Positions 37,382 to 48,971 are shown, counted from the first letter of the whole stretch. The stretch is 63,658 nucleotides of DNA, filler included, from Olpidium bornovanus S191 (GCA_017911155.1; 30 parts of 30 records of this genome joined end to end with filler, not necessarily neighbours in it); one strand, 5' to 3'. Notes: generated by a model not told the origin, from the letters alone. Numbers and translations: made by a program.

Positions 37382-37580
37382 NNNNNNNNNNNNNNNNNNN
37401 NNNNNNNNNNNNNNNNNNNNNNNNNTTAATTAATTAANNNNNNNNNNNNNNNNNNNNNNNNNNNNNNNNNNNNNNNNNNNNCGCCGGTTGCAGACGGGGC
37501 TCCGGTGAAATAGCGGGATTCCTGTTTATGACGAAAGGGGAGAAAAAAGAGCGGACACCGGGCCGGCGGGTGGTTCCACG

Positions 37581-38094
37581 ATGGAGCCGACTGCGCTCAT
37601 GATAGACAAAAGCGGAGCAGTAGAACTGGTAGGTGATGCGAAGGCCACTTGCAGAAGCAAGCATATAGACATCAAACGCCACCATCTTCGATGGTGCGTG
37701 GCCACAAGGTTTACCGGTACAGCTTCCGCAAAAAATCCGGCGTATACGTCTTATTAAGCCGTTGGAAAAGATCAAGTTCACAAAGTTTCACGAGATGATA
37801 GGCTTACGGCACATCAGTGCGTGATCGCCATCTTGGATGCGTGAAACCACCCGATGTCGAGAAGGTCAAAGAAAAAATTGCCATGGAACGTAGACTTAAG
37901 AGTGACCATGGGCGTTGGTTAGAGTGTGCACCGTGAGGCGGGGTGTTGAGACGCAGCCTGAAACAATGGAGTTCAGGGGGAAGTAGCGCACTGCGCCCAC
38001 CGGGTTTCACCCCCCTGAAATCTTCTCTATAAAAGGAGGGTCGAATCTTTGAGGGGAGCAGCATCCCGGGTTCCGTTCAAGCCCGAATTTAACA
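37581..38094 (+). mobile_element. Degenerate Ty1/copia 3' end: RNase H C-terminus, polypurine tract, 151-bp 3' LTR
   Basis: EPTALMIDKSGAVELVGDAKATCRSKHIDIKRHHLR (copia D..GA..L.....RSKHIDIxxH), frameshifted KPLEKIKFTKFHEMIGL, PPT GAGGCGGGG at 37935-37943, LTR TGTTGAG(37944)...TATAAAAG...TTTAACA(38094). Confidence 0.85.
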
Positions 38095-38529
38095 GAGGAA
38101 GGATGGGGAGAGAGTGTGTTGAATTTGGGTTCGAAAGGGGAAAGGGAAAGGGAAAGGGAGGGGTGTGGGCCTTCTCAGGTCTCTCCTCCTCCGTCTCCTA
38201 CCCTCCGTCGAACGGAAATTAGCAGCGCGCGCGAACGGAGAACGGGCCCCTGCCGGCCTGTTTCCTCTCATGATAGCGCGGGGCGGCGGACCCGGTTGTT
38301 TTCGGCCGCGTCGCCTTTGCTATCCGGAGGCGTTTGCTCACAAACGCCGGGTTTGACCGCCGGCGGCCACACAGCTAACACAACAGTACGGGTTGTTCGT
38401 TGAGGAAGAGGGGAGGAGGGGGGGGGGGAGAAACTGTGAGCGACCGCCACGGGCTTTCTTTTTGCTCGTATTTGGGGACAGAGCGCGCCACACGGCCGCG
38501 CAATAGAACGACTCGGTTCTTTATCATCG

Positions 38530-39253
38530 TAGTCGACAGCGTAGGCCGTAAATGCCTCGGCGACGAAGGGTCCATTGAGAGTTTTTAGAAATAACTTCGT
38601 CGAAGCCTGGAAGGTGCTGGAAAAGTCGGGGGATGCCAAGGCAAGCGAAGCGCGGGGGTGAGGAGGGGGCGAAGCACCGGCAGCTCGAGCAGATTACACC
38701 GGAACGAGGGAGGCAGCACAGGGTATATTGAAAGCCGCATTTTTCGATTAGGGGCGAGGGCGGAGTGGGGTGGGGGGGGGGGGTGAAAGGCGGGGCTGGG
38801 AGGAATGTCGAAAGGTTGAGGATGGTTTGCTGGAAAACCCGCAGCTCACGCCCGAACGCACGCACGGTATGATTTCGACGGAAGCGTGCGGTGATGGAAG
38901 ATTAAGATTTTTGCGGACCTTCCAAGGCATCATTCGGCAGGAAAAAGCGGACAAAAAAAACTCCAGAATCTGCGGTGACGCGAAGTCGCGGGCAAAACCC
39001 GACATTGTTTTTTCTCCCAAAAAGAAAACGGCGTAGTTCATGTTATCAGGCCACACCCGAACAGCAGGTATAGCAGTTCACCGTTGTCGCAACCAAGGAA
39101 AGCGAAGTCCTCATCGACGTCCACACAAGTGATGTTGCAAACCGCATCCGACCCAATCATGTCGGCACGGCGAACTTCGCAGTGGACGGCACGGTTTGCT
39201 TCCCCTGGCTGAGGTGACAGCAGCCGCACATCCGAACATCCCGCGACGACCAT
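38530..39253 (-). CDS. Possible beta-propeller/WD-like protein fragments
   Basis: ITCVDVDEDFAFLGCDNGEL resembles a WD-type blade. No family assigned and exon structure not resolved. Confidence 0.25.
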
Positions 39254-40564
39254 CCTCCACGCCGGGGTCGCCCGGTCNNNNNNNNNNNNNNNNNNNNNNN
39301 NNNNNNNNNNNNNNNNNNNNNTTAATTAATTAANNNNNNNNNNNNNNNNNNNNNNNNNNNNNNNNNNNNNNNNNNNNGGCGTCTTTGGAATCGCCTTCTT
39401 TCACGTCCTCCGCTTCCTTCTGCTCGTCTTCGTCTTCGTTCTCAGCCTCGTCGTTTGCGGCCGCCGGCGGCGCCTCGCTCTACGCGAACCGCAGCATGCC
39501 CAACCTCCCGCTCCCAAGCTACCGTCACGACAACCCCCACCGGGGTGCCGGCGGCTGGCACCATTCCGCCCTTTCGGGCAGCGCGTTGTCGCTTCCGACG
39601 CTGCTTTCCGATGCGGCTGCGCCGCACTCGGCCTCGTCGCGCACGTGGCCCCCGCCCACCACACCCGCCGACCGCGTCGCTATGGCCAGGGTTCGGATGC
39701 TCATTCGCGGGGACGACGCGGACGACCGGTCCATCGTCAACTGGAAAAAGGTGCACGCCGCCGCGGCTAGATCCGGCAGCGCCGGGTTCTTGAATGCGGG
39801 ATTCAGAGGAGCAGCGGGCTCCGTTTAAGCTCCTGGTCTGGCCGCTTTTTTCACCGGCGGGAATCACCGCCAAAATCCATTAACGCTTTCTCTTTCTCTG
39901 ATTAACATCAATATTTACTCGGCATTCAGTCTTCCGTGTAACGCTGACTGTAAATCCTTTCCTCTCCGCATATCTCCATCACCGTCTACTCCGTCAGTCG
40001 CATTGCCTTGATGCGCGCTCTCGCCACTCCGGGAATCGGATACCATCTGTACATACATATTTGTTGTCCCTCACTCTGTTCAAAAACGCCACCTTGCTCG
40101 GTTTCGCTGGCAGCGTAGCGCGGATTCTGCGGCGGAAAGAGAGAAAGGGGGGGAGGGGGGTGGGGAGGGAGGGTTGGTATTGGGACGGGGAGGAATCAAA
40201 TAACTTCGTACTGTTCCTTGAGTTCCTTGCGTTTTGTTTTCCTTTCTCCGTGTGTGGGGGTGCAGAGTTCCAGGCGGAAGAAAGCCTGTGAGGTTTCAGC
40301 GTGGTACCGGCTGGGTGTTGTGGTAATCGTCGTTTGAGACGCGTGACGCGCTCGTGACCCTGGCCGGCTCGCAGGCGCCTTCCTGATTTTGTTTTGATCC
40401 AGCCGCCCACCGCACACGAAGCAGAATTCTGAGAGCGAACTCGCACCTCTGCTCGGCGGTGGGTGCACGAGGAAGCAAGGCGGCGCCCGAACGCTGACGC
40501 CGCCTGGAAACGCTGACGCCGCCTGGAACAACGTGCCACGTGAGGAAGTAGGCGGGAGTGGAGT

Positions 40565-41063
40565 CAAGGCAGTGAATCTGGTCGTGTACTCCTGGACGTT
40601 CCCGGTCTTTTTCAAAGAACGTAATTTTCGCTAAGCCATCGTAAACTCATGGTCATTTGCCGTGGGGCAACTTTAGTAATTTCTTGAGGTGTGTCCGCGT
40701 CACTGCATTATTCTCGTCGTCCAGCAAATCAATATGATTGAACCCAAAGGTTGCCGGCGTGCCCTCGAGCTTGGTGGCGGCTAGTACCGCCTGCGCAACA
40801 GGATCCATGGGTTCGAAATGACGGAATCTCTCCATTTTCTGGAAAAACAATCTTAACGCTGCGGGGCTTCCCTTCCCGTCATATTCCGGGATTTCCACAA
40901 ATATGAGTTTGGTAGTACTCGATTTTCCTGCGCAACAGGATCCATGGGTTCGAGATGGGCGGAATCTCTCCATTCTCTGGAAAAACAATCCCAACCCTGC
41001 GGGGCCTCCCTTTCCGTCACATTTCGGGTTTTCCACAAATATGAGTTTGGTGGCACTGGATGA
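40565..41063 (-). mobile_element. Degenerate Ty3/gypsy gag (capsid) with internal tandem duplication
   Basis: IPEYDGKGSPAALRLFFQKMERFRHFEPMDPVAQAVLAATKLEGTPAT and, after frameshift and TAG, RKLRSLKKTGNVQEYTTRFTAL (retrotransposon-gag LxQxGSVxEYxxxF pattern). Confidence 0.8.
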
Positions 41064-41451
41064 NNNNNNNNNNNNNNNNNNNNNNNNNNNNNNNNNNNNN
41101 NNNNNNNTTAATTAATTAANNNNNNNNNNNNNNNNNNNNNNNNNNNNNNNNNNNNNNNNNNNNCATGAAAACTAACAAACCCTATGGGAGCATTAGTTGA
41201 GGAAGCAAAAAAGTAAAGAAGACAATTAGCAATGCCTAGTTTCGATCTAGGGACATTTGGGTTATGAGCCCAACGGACTGCCACTGTCCCACATTGCTCT
41301 CAGACATCCGGGCTGTTTAACGTTAAATCATTGTACTTATGGAAGTACAAAGGACGGAAAGGCACCCTGCCCGCGTCAGTGACCACGGATCCAGAGACGA
41401 AAAGGCCCCACAGGATTGACTCCCTCGACGTCTACGCTCCCATCTCCCGCC

Positions 41452-42040
41452 TCAAGACATTCTGTGACCCCAGAGTGTCCAAGCCACCACACAAATTCCT
41501 TCGTCATAGGTCACATAGTAGAACGGAAAAGGCTCGGACAAGTCTGCATTTCTTGCCAAAACGCTATCACTGCGGATAACGAAAGCTTGGTCTGCATTGA
41601 CGAGCACGGCCTCTGTGGACGAAAACAGTTGGCTCCCACACGGTTCAACGACATTAAGTGCAAATTGACAGAACCGCATACCTGAAATTGTACCAGGTCG
41701 GGGCTCTCTATCTTGACTAACCCAATCTCATTTGTGATATATTCACGTTTTGGAATGGAAGCATGCAACCCAATTGCAACACACCATGCGGTGAACAACT
41801 CTTCTGCCTTCCGCGCAACCATTCTGTATCAAAGGCTATTTAAACCCTGCTGTATATCTTTTGGACTTCTGCCGTTGCCTTTGTGGTTTGCTACCTAGCT
41901 CACCGCCAGACGCACAACACTGTACCACGCTGGAGTCACATCACTACCTCTGCTTAACGGCAAAATGCGTTCTTGCCGCATGCAAAAGCGACTCCGACAT
42001 ATACCTTCCTGCAATAACGACCTCACTAAATGATTTCAGT
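41452..42040 (-). CDS. Unidentified small spliced gene (3' part)
   Basis: Three GT-AG introns (42004-41824, 41784-41717, 41681-41613) join in frame to SFSEVVIAGRMVARKAEELFTACQDREPRPGTISEAVLVNADQAFVIRSDSVLARNADLSEPFPFYYVTYDEG...HRMS*. Confidence 0.35.
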
Positions 42041-42943
42041 TAACCGTCGTTAATCATCAGATCATTTCTGCCGTGGCAAGTCCTCCTCAGCTCAGGTTTT
42101 GCACGACGAGAACTTGGTCTTGTGTGGCATTGAGGATGCTTTCAGGATGCGGCGAGCTCATCTTGCTGGCCGGTCGAGAGCGGCGGGGAATGTTCTCTCC
42201 CTCTCGCTTTCTTCACTTAGACTCGCGACGGCGCGGCGGCGGCTGATTCCCCGAGGGCGCCGGCGTTTCTCTTCTGGAAATTCCTTCCCGCGCGACAAAA
42301 AAACCAACAGTTAAACAAAAAATTCCCGACGTCTTGCCTCTCCCTCCGCTCCGGCCCGCAACGGGCGCCCGGGCCGTTTGGCGCGTCGCGAGGTCGGGGA
42401 CGCCGGCGAAGATCCGGCGGCCTCCGCCGGGAGACTGCCGCCGCCCGACCGCACGGAGGGCTCCCGTTGCCCGGTGGAGAGTGTGGACATCGCCGGTGCG
42501 CGTCCCGTCTCCGGACTGTCCGTTCCTGAGCTCGCTGGGGATGCCCCTCGGGGGCTCTTCCCTCTTGCACGTCCGGCCAGGGGTGCGGTCGACCGCCTTG
42601 TGCAACGCCTGTCGGCGCTTCGCCTGCCGGCGCTTCGCCTGCCGCTGGCCAAGTCCGTTGATCCAGGGTGGTTCCTCTCGAGTCACCGCGCCGGCACCGC
42701 GACGGGGTGCGACCTTCCGCTCTCGGTGCAGGAGGGAGCCGCCGCTGCTGGAAGAGCCCCGCTCTCTATGTCGACTTCATCCGAGCCGGCGAGTCCCTCG
42801 ACGGGACAAGACTCCTGGTTGGATAGTCAACGTGAGTCGCGTGGGGCGGGCTTTGAGTACGCATCGCACGGCGCGCAGCGGCGGTGGTACCGACAGCACA
42901 CCAACTCACGGCCTCTCTTCTGCGACCCGTTCAGAGCTTCTAG

Positions 42944-43116
42944 AACCAAAAGGATTTGGCCAAGTACACGCCGCTGCACCGCATTCCGCAACCGGTCATG
43001 AACTTGACGTCGGCATTTTTTGGCGGCGGCAAATTGTTTTCCACCGCGCTGATCAAAAACGTTACCAGTGTTTTAAAGGCGGGTTGGAGGAGGCTTTCGG
43101 TGAACCTGTATTATGA
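42944..43116 (+). CDS. MTC6-like protein exon (partial)
   Basis: After a TAG acceptor: NQKDLAKYTPLHRIPQPVMNLTSAFFGGG...VTSVLKAGWRRLSVNLYY, resembling the fungal Mtc6-family N-terminal pattern QRDL..P.....V.L....FG...LL..G.RR..VDLYW recalled from memory. Confidence 0.45.
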
Positions 43117-43224
43117 NNNNNNNNNNNNNNNNNNNNNNNNNNNNNNNNNNNNNNNNNNNNTTAATTAATTAANNNNNNNNNNNNNNNNNNNNNNNNNNNN
43201 NNNNNNNNNNNNNNNNCACCCCCA

Positions 43225-43259
<35 letters not shown>

Positions 43260-43448
43260 GCCCGCGCTCAGCGCCTTCCCGCGACCTTCCGCGCCCCTTC
43301 GAGAACCATCTTTTTGTGCCGCCCTCTCCGTCTTCCTCCCCTCCCCCCCAGCTCCGCCCTCCTCCGCTCCTTTTCCTCGCTCTCCCCAGCGCAGGCCGCC
43401 CGCACCCCACCCCCTCCCAACGTCCCGCCCCCTTCCCCCCCACCCACG

Positions 43449-44164
43449 ATGCTCGCCTCCTCCGCCGACTCCAAGCCCTCCGCGCCGGCCTCCAGGCCGC
43501 CCGCCGCCGGGGCCGCCGCCGCCGCCCTCCCCCGGACCTCCACCGCTAGTGCGCGCGCGTCGTCCGGCATCGCCGCCCCCGCCTCCCGCACCCGGAACAA
43601 CTCGGTCGGCACCGTTCCCGCCGCCGCCGCCGCCGCCGCCAAGACTACAGCCGCCAAAACTACCGCCGCCAGGGTTGCTGCCGTCGCCAGGACTGCTGCC
43701 GCCGCCAGGGTTGCTGCTGCCGCCAGGACTGCCGCCGCACCCTCCGGCGGCCCCGTCGCGCGGAAGACCTCGGTCTCTTTGTCCAGGAAGCCGTCCACGC
43801 CCCCCGCCGCGCCGGCGGCGGCGCGCGCCACGACGGCGGCACGCGCCCCGACGGCTGCCGTCTCGAAGCCGGCGGCTCGCAGTGCCGCGCTCGCCCGGCC
43901 CGCGCCGACCTCGTCGTCCGGTGCGCCGTCCGCCACTTCCGCGAAGGTATTCGCCAAGGCCCCTGCCGTCAACGGAAGTCCCGGAAAGGCTACCGCTCGC
44001 CCAGCCTCCTTCGCCGCCCGGTCATCCAAAGAGGCAAGCCCGCCCAGGTCCGCAGACCCGTCGCTCGAGAAGCTTGTTGCCGAGCTGAAGCAGCAGGTCC
44101 GTAAATGTCCTGTGCGGTGCGAGCTTTGCCGCTGTGGCGTCGTCGCTCACGTACCCTCGCCCCC

Positions 44165-44202
<38 letters not shown>

Positions 44203-46771
44203 ACCCCCCCCCCCCCCCTCTTCCGCTCTTCCCCTGCAAGGTCGCTGACAGGGACGAGGAAATATGCGCCAAAGACGCACTTCTTGCCGAGGAGGGAGCG
44301 CTGTTCGCCGCGGGCGAGGCGCCCCCCGGCGCAGACCCCTCTGCTGGCGCCGAGGCCGCTGAGCTCCGGTCGCAGGTCTCGGAGCTCCACGTCACGGTGG
44401 AAAGCCTCCGTGCGCAGCTGGCGCGCAGTCGCGAAGAGAACGCGGCTGTGGAGAACCACGTCGATGAGCTGAACGCGAAGATTATCGCCATATCCGACAA
44501 GCACCACGGGGAAGTCGCCGAGCTCCATGCCGCCGTCGAGCGCTGCAAGTCTTTCGAAGGGGAGTGCGCTGGCCTCGCTGCGGAGGTCGCCGCGTTGCGG
44601 AGCGAAAGAGACGCCCTGACTACCCGGGTCGACGAACTGGAGGGGATCTCGGAGGCGCTCGACCACGCTCATATGGAGAAGGAAAAGATGGAGGAGGCTC
44701 TGGAATCGGTGAGCAAGCAGTTTGCGGAGCTCTCTGCCTCGAGAAACGATGCCCAGGAGCACGAGGGAGAGGCCTTCCGCGAAGCGGAGAAGACCGTAGA
44801 GCAGCTGAAGGTGCAAGTGGCCGAAATGTCAGCCTCACGGACAAACGGCCAAACGGAGGACCTGGCGTCTGAAGTCCAGGAGCTGCGGAGACTGAATGCG
44901 GCGCTGACGGAAGATTTGCGCCTGCGCGAACAGGAGATTGCAGCTGCCGAGGAACTGACCCGGTCGCAAATGCAGGACCTGGACAACACCAGGGTGGCCG
45001 CCGAGTCCGCAGCCGATGCGCTGAGGGCCGAGGTCGCTGGGTTGAGGTCGGAACTGGAGCACGCGAAAAAGGCCGTCCAAGCCGGCGACGAGGCGGCCGC
45101 CGTGCACTCCAAGGCGTCGTTACTTGTCGACGAGGGCGCCCGGCCCTCCGCGGTCGATCCGCGTGACGGCGACGTTTCCCAAGATCTGCGTTCAACCGAG
45201 GAAGTCACTTTGATGCTGCGCAAAACTGACGAGGAGCTTGAGTCCGTGCGCGCCGAGAAGGCTGCTCTTCAATCCCAGCTCGAGCAGCTGTCGGTCCGCT
45301 TGGTGGACGCCGAGGAGCACGGGAAGCTGGCGGCTGAAGCGGCGGCCGCCGCGGGGCACGAAGCGAACGAGACGAAGGCGCTAATCGAGTCGCTCCGGGT
45401 TGAGAACGCGGCGATCGCGGCGGAGAACTCCGCGCTGAAAGAGGAGGCGTCCCGCAGGCCTTCCACGGCGCACGCAGACGGCGAGTCCACCGGTTCTTTG
45501 CAATCTCAGCAGCCAACCGACCGTGACGCGGAACTCGATCGGCTCGAGGCCCGGGTTGCCGAGCTGACGGCAGCGCTGGAACGCCAAACGGAGGTTGGTG
45601 CCCAGATACAGGTAAGCGTGCCTCTGCCGCCGGTGCCGCCATTCCCCTCTAACGGATATCCCGGCCGCCTAGAGGGGCGGCTGCCGTTGTTCGGCTGTTG
45701 ATCCTATTCGGTCGTTCTCCTAACGATCCCAGGCGGCTCTGGCTGTGGCCGAAGAAGCGCATGCGAGCGAAGCGCGGCGCGCCGAAGAGATCGAGGAGCG
45801 GCTGAAGCTAAAGGAAGAGGAAGTCAAGGTGTCGACCGCATTTCCTCGCGCCTCGGTTTATGACGGGCGCGACGGTTCGACGCGTACGGTCAGCGTCGGG
45901 CTGCTCTAACTCCGGCTATTGTCGTTCCATCGCGTATCACAGGCTGTCGAAGGGGCGATGGCGAACATGAAGCCTCCGAAGCCACCCCTCGCCATTTCTG
46001 ACACGGAACGCTTCCTGAAAAGGGAACTGGAATGCAAGGACTCGATGATTCTCGAGCTGCAGAAGCGCTGCGACGAGGCGGAGCGGATCTGCATGGAGGA
46101 AATCGGCAGGCGGGAAGGAGCCGCTGACCACGCGAACTACGGGCCGGCCGCCGTCGACGAAGAGTCGCTCAGGAAGGAACTGGAAAAGAAGGACGCGGCC
46201 ATCGCGAAATTGCAGCTAAAAGTCGAGGTCCGACTTCCCTCTTGATCTCACACGTTAATTTTTTTCTTTTTGGTGTTACGCGCGGGCGATTCGGATTTGA
46301 CGGGAGGGGGGGGGGGGGAAGCGCGCCTTTTTGCTAACCACACACCCTTGCCCCCGCCTCCTCTGCCGCACAGCGCGTCATGCGGGTGCACGCCGAGGAC
46401 GTGCACAGCGTCCAGACCAGGAGCCGCCACGATATTGCCGACGAGCAGCAGCGTTCCAAGGACGCGCTGGTCGCGGCCCAAAAAGAGAATGACATCCTCG
46501 TCAAGCTTGTGAGTCCTCTGCCCGTCTTTTTTTTGGTGCCTCGGGGAAGAGGGGGAGTGGGGAGGGGGGAGGAGGGGTTGGCGGAGTCTGCTGCATTTCT
46601 GCCATTTTCGGTGGAAGGAGAGAGAGATCTCCTTACGCCGTCGTCGTGCGCCTTCTTGACCGCTTGCGCAACATTCCACAGGTCCAGCAGCTACAGCACG
46701 ACGTTTCGGTCGCGCAGCACCAGGCACGGGACTTTCCGCCTAACGACCTGCGAAGCCTGCCGGGCAACTGA
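43449..46771 (+). CDS. Long coiled-coil protein with basic A/P/S/T-rich disordered N-terminus (multi-exon)
   Basis: ATG at 43449, in-frame intron 44097-44240, heptad-rich E/A/L/K exons, further GT-AG introns, last exon VQQLQHDVSVAQHQARDFPPNDLRSLPGN* ending at 46771. Confidence 0.7.
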
Positions 46772-47065
46772 AACCAAACGGCCCCCCCCCCCCCCGTCCG
46801 TCCGTCCGTCCGTCCGTCCATCCGTCCGTCCGTCCGCCGTCTCTCTCTCTCTCTCACTCACTCTCTCTCTTCCACTAGAGTAGATATTCTTGTTTTTACC
46901 TTTATGGCGCACGTTGAACGTCAAGGCCGTCGTGGTCGGTCTTACTCTCCCAAATATTTGATCCGGCTTGCTTTCCCCCCAGATCCCCCAAAAAGACGCG
47001 AACATACCTTACTTTTTTTTGTTTTTACGTAAAACCCTCTCTCCCGTACCATAACACGTGTACAG

Positions 47066-47102
<37 letters not shown>

Positions 47103-47296
47103 AAAAAGAAAAGAAAGTAAAATACCGCCCGCTCTCCTGCGCCCAGGATCGTCCTTTTCCTCGCGCTTTTTACCCCTCAGCCCCACCCCCCTCCCATCCC
47201 CCTCCCTCCCGCTCCTTTCCCCGGTGCCCGCGGGCTTGTAAAAAAGAAAACACCCGGGGTATCGAATAACAGTCGCGGGGCACAGCGATGACCCCG

Positions 47297-47378
47297 TATC
47301 ACCGGTGATAGGTCCTATCGCACCACCTCCGTTGGACGCTGGACCAGAGGTGGTCGATAGGATCTATCACTGGTGATA
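47297..47378. repeat. Long imperfect inverted repeat (33/32-nt arms, 17-nt loop) with internal palindromes
   Basis: Left arm TATCACCGGTGATAGGTCCTATCGCACCACCTC; reverse complement of right arm TATCACCAGTGATAGATCCTATCG-ACCACCTC. Confidence 0.9.
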
Positions 47379-47458
47379 ACCGTATGACGGCAAGCTTCTG
47401 GGACTCGGTCTTGCCTTTTGGAAGTCCAAAGCTAGCCCAGCAAAGTAGCCCCAGCAAG

Positions 47459-47640
47459 GTATAATTCCACAATTAGACACGGGAAAACACTTTTCCAGAG
47501 CCTCACCTTTCTGTCCCAAACCGGGCACTTCGGGTGGGGCAGGTTTATCGTATAATTCCACAATTAGACACGTGAGAACACTTTTCCAGAGCCTCACCTT
47601 TCTGTCCCAAACCGGGCACTTCGGGTGGGGCAGGTTTATC
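47459..47640. repeat. 91-bp direct tandem duplication
   Basis: GTATAATTCCACAATTAGACAC...GGGGCAGGTTTATC at 47459-47549 and 47550-47640, differing only in GGGAAAAC vs GTGAGAAC. Confidence 0.95.
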
Positions 47641-47641
47641 C

Positions 47642-47803
47642 CTCTGTGACAAACTTCGGCCGTTCACTGGCCGTAACCGCACCCCCCACCAAGTGCGCAA
47701 CTTCCTGTCGCAGTTCGAGCAGTACGCCAACTACGCTCGCCTAGAACCCTCAGCCAGGGTCGTAGCGGTCGGCACAATACTCGCAGACGAAGCAGCCACA
47801 TGG
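47642..47803 (+). mobile_element. Ty3/gypsy gag capsid fragment (runs off contig)
   Basis: LRPFTGRNRTPHQVRNFLSQFEQYANYARLEPSARVVAVGTILADEAATW fits the capsid pattern PxxFxG....VxxFLxxFExY....L...AxxW. At 54 codons it is below the ORF-track cutoff. Confidence 0.75.
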
Positions 47804-47938
47804 NNNNNNNNNNNNNNNNNNNNNNNNNNNNNNNNNNNNNNNNNNNNTTAATTAATTAANNNNNNNNNNNNNNNNNNNNNNNNNNNNNNNNNNNNNNNNN
47901 NNNGGAGGGCAAGAGCACGCGTTACGCGAGGAGCGAGG

Positions 47939-47970
<32 letters not shown>

Positions 47971-48137
47971 AAGAAAAAACAGAAAAGAAAAATAAGAAAC
48001 GTAATAAGAAAAAAGAAAAAAAAGGGAAAATGAAAGAAAAAGGAAAACGAAACCGAAAAACCAAAACGGCGAGAAGACGCGTCTCCGGAAGAATCGTCGC
48101 GGCCGAAAGAGAAAAAAAAAAATAACAAAACGGCAGC

Positions 48138-48971
48138 TCACACTTTAAACGGCCGAAGGACGTGGTCTGGTATCCGCGGCTTAAACGACAACCGGAACGT
48201 CCCCGCCGCGCCTTCCGCGGCAGCCTCCTCGTCCGACGTGTCACCGTCGTCGTCCTGGTTCATGGGGACGTCGGGGGGGTTCGCGAAACAGCCAAAGAGC
48301 TTCGCGGCCGGGGGCCGGTCGACGTGTTGCAGGCCGAGATATCCCAGAGTTATTCCGCCCGGGACAGAGCGCGCGAGGGAAGGCGAGCTGCACAGCGCTG
48401 GTCAGACAGGGCACATACCCAACAAGGATCGCATCAAGGTCTGCACCCGCGCGGCGTCGCCGCCTAACAGAAAAAAAAAAAAAAAAAAAAAAAAATAGAA
48501 AGAAAGAAAAAAAACCCCCTGACTCACCCTCGGGTGAGATCAGGGGAACTCACCTGCCGCCCGGTCCGTCCCGTCCTCAAGCGACATGACCGCCATGTCC
48601 CTCCCGAGCTGCTCGGCGCTCAGCCTCTTCCGCTTGCTGTTCCGCCGGAACGAGGCCGCGCCCTGGGAGGACCAGACGAGGTCCGTGCGGGCGGCGGCCG
48701 GCGGCGCAGCGAGAAGGTGCTCGTTCCGCGGCCCGAGGCCGTGCTCCGGCGCCGGCGGCGGCGGAAAGGAGCCGCGAGGGGCGAGAGGCGCGTTAGCCGG
48801 GGCGAACGGCGCTGCGGCGGACGCGGCCGGCCAGAACGGAGCCGAGCACGCGGCGCGTCCGTCGGCACCGAAGGCGGCGGGGCTCGTGAGGACGTCGCCG
48901 TCCTCCATGGCGTACTCCTCCGGCTCGCCAACCTCCTCGAAGTGCCGCTTGGCCGTGAGGCTGCGCTCCAT
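48138..48971 (-). CDS. Hypothetical spliced protein
   Basis: MERSLTAKRHFEEV...KRKRLSAEQL, GTGAGT donors, and a last exon ending ...KPRIPDHVLRPFKV* that joins in frame. No family recognised. Confidence 0.35.

Noticed and set aside
47297-47310. Similarity of TATCACCGGTGATA to phage lambda operators
   Set aside because: Short palindrome in a eukaryotic TE context with no phage genes; coincidental.
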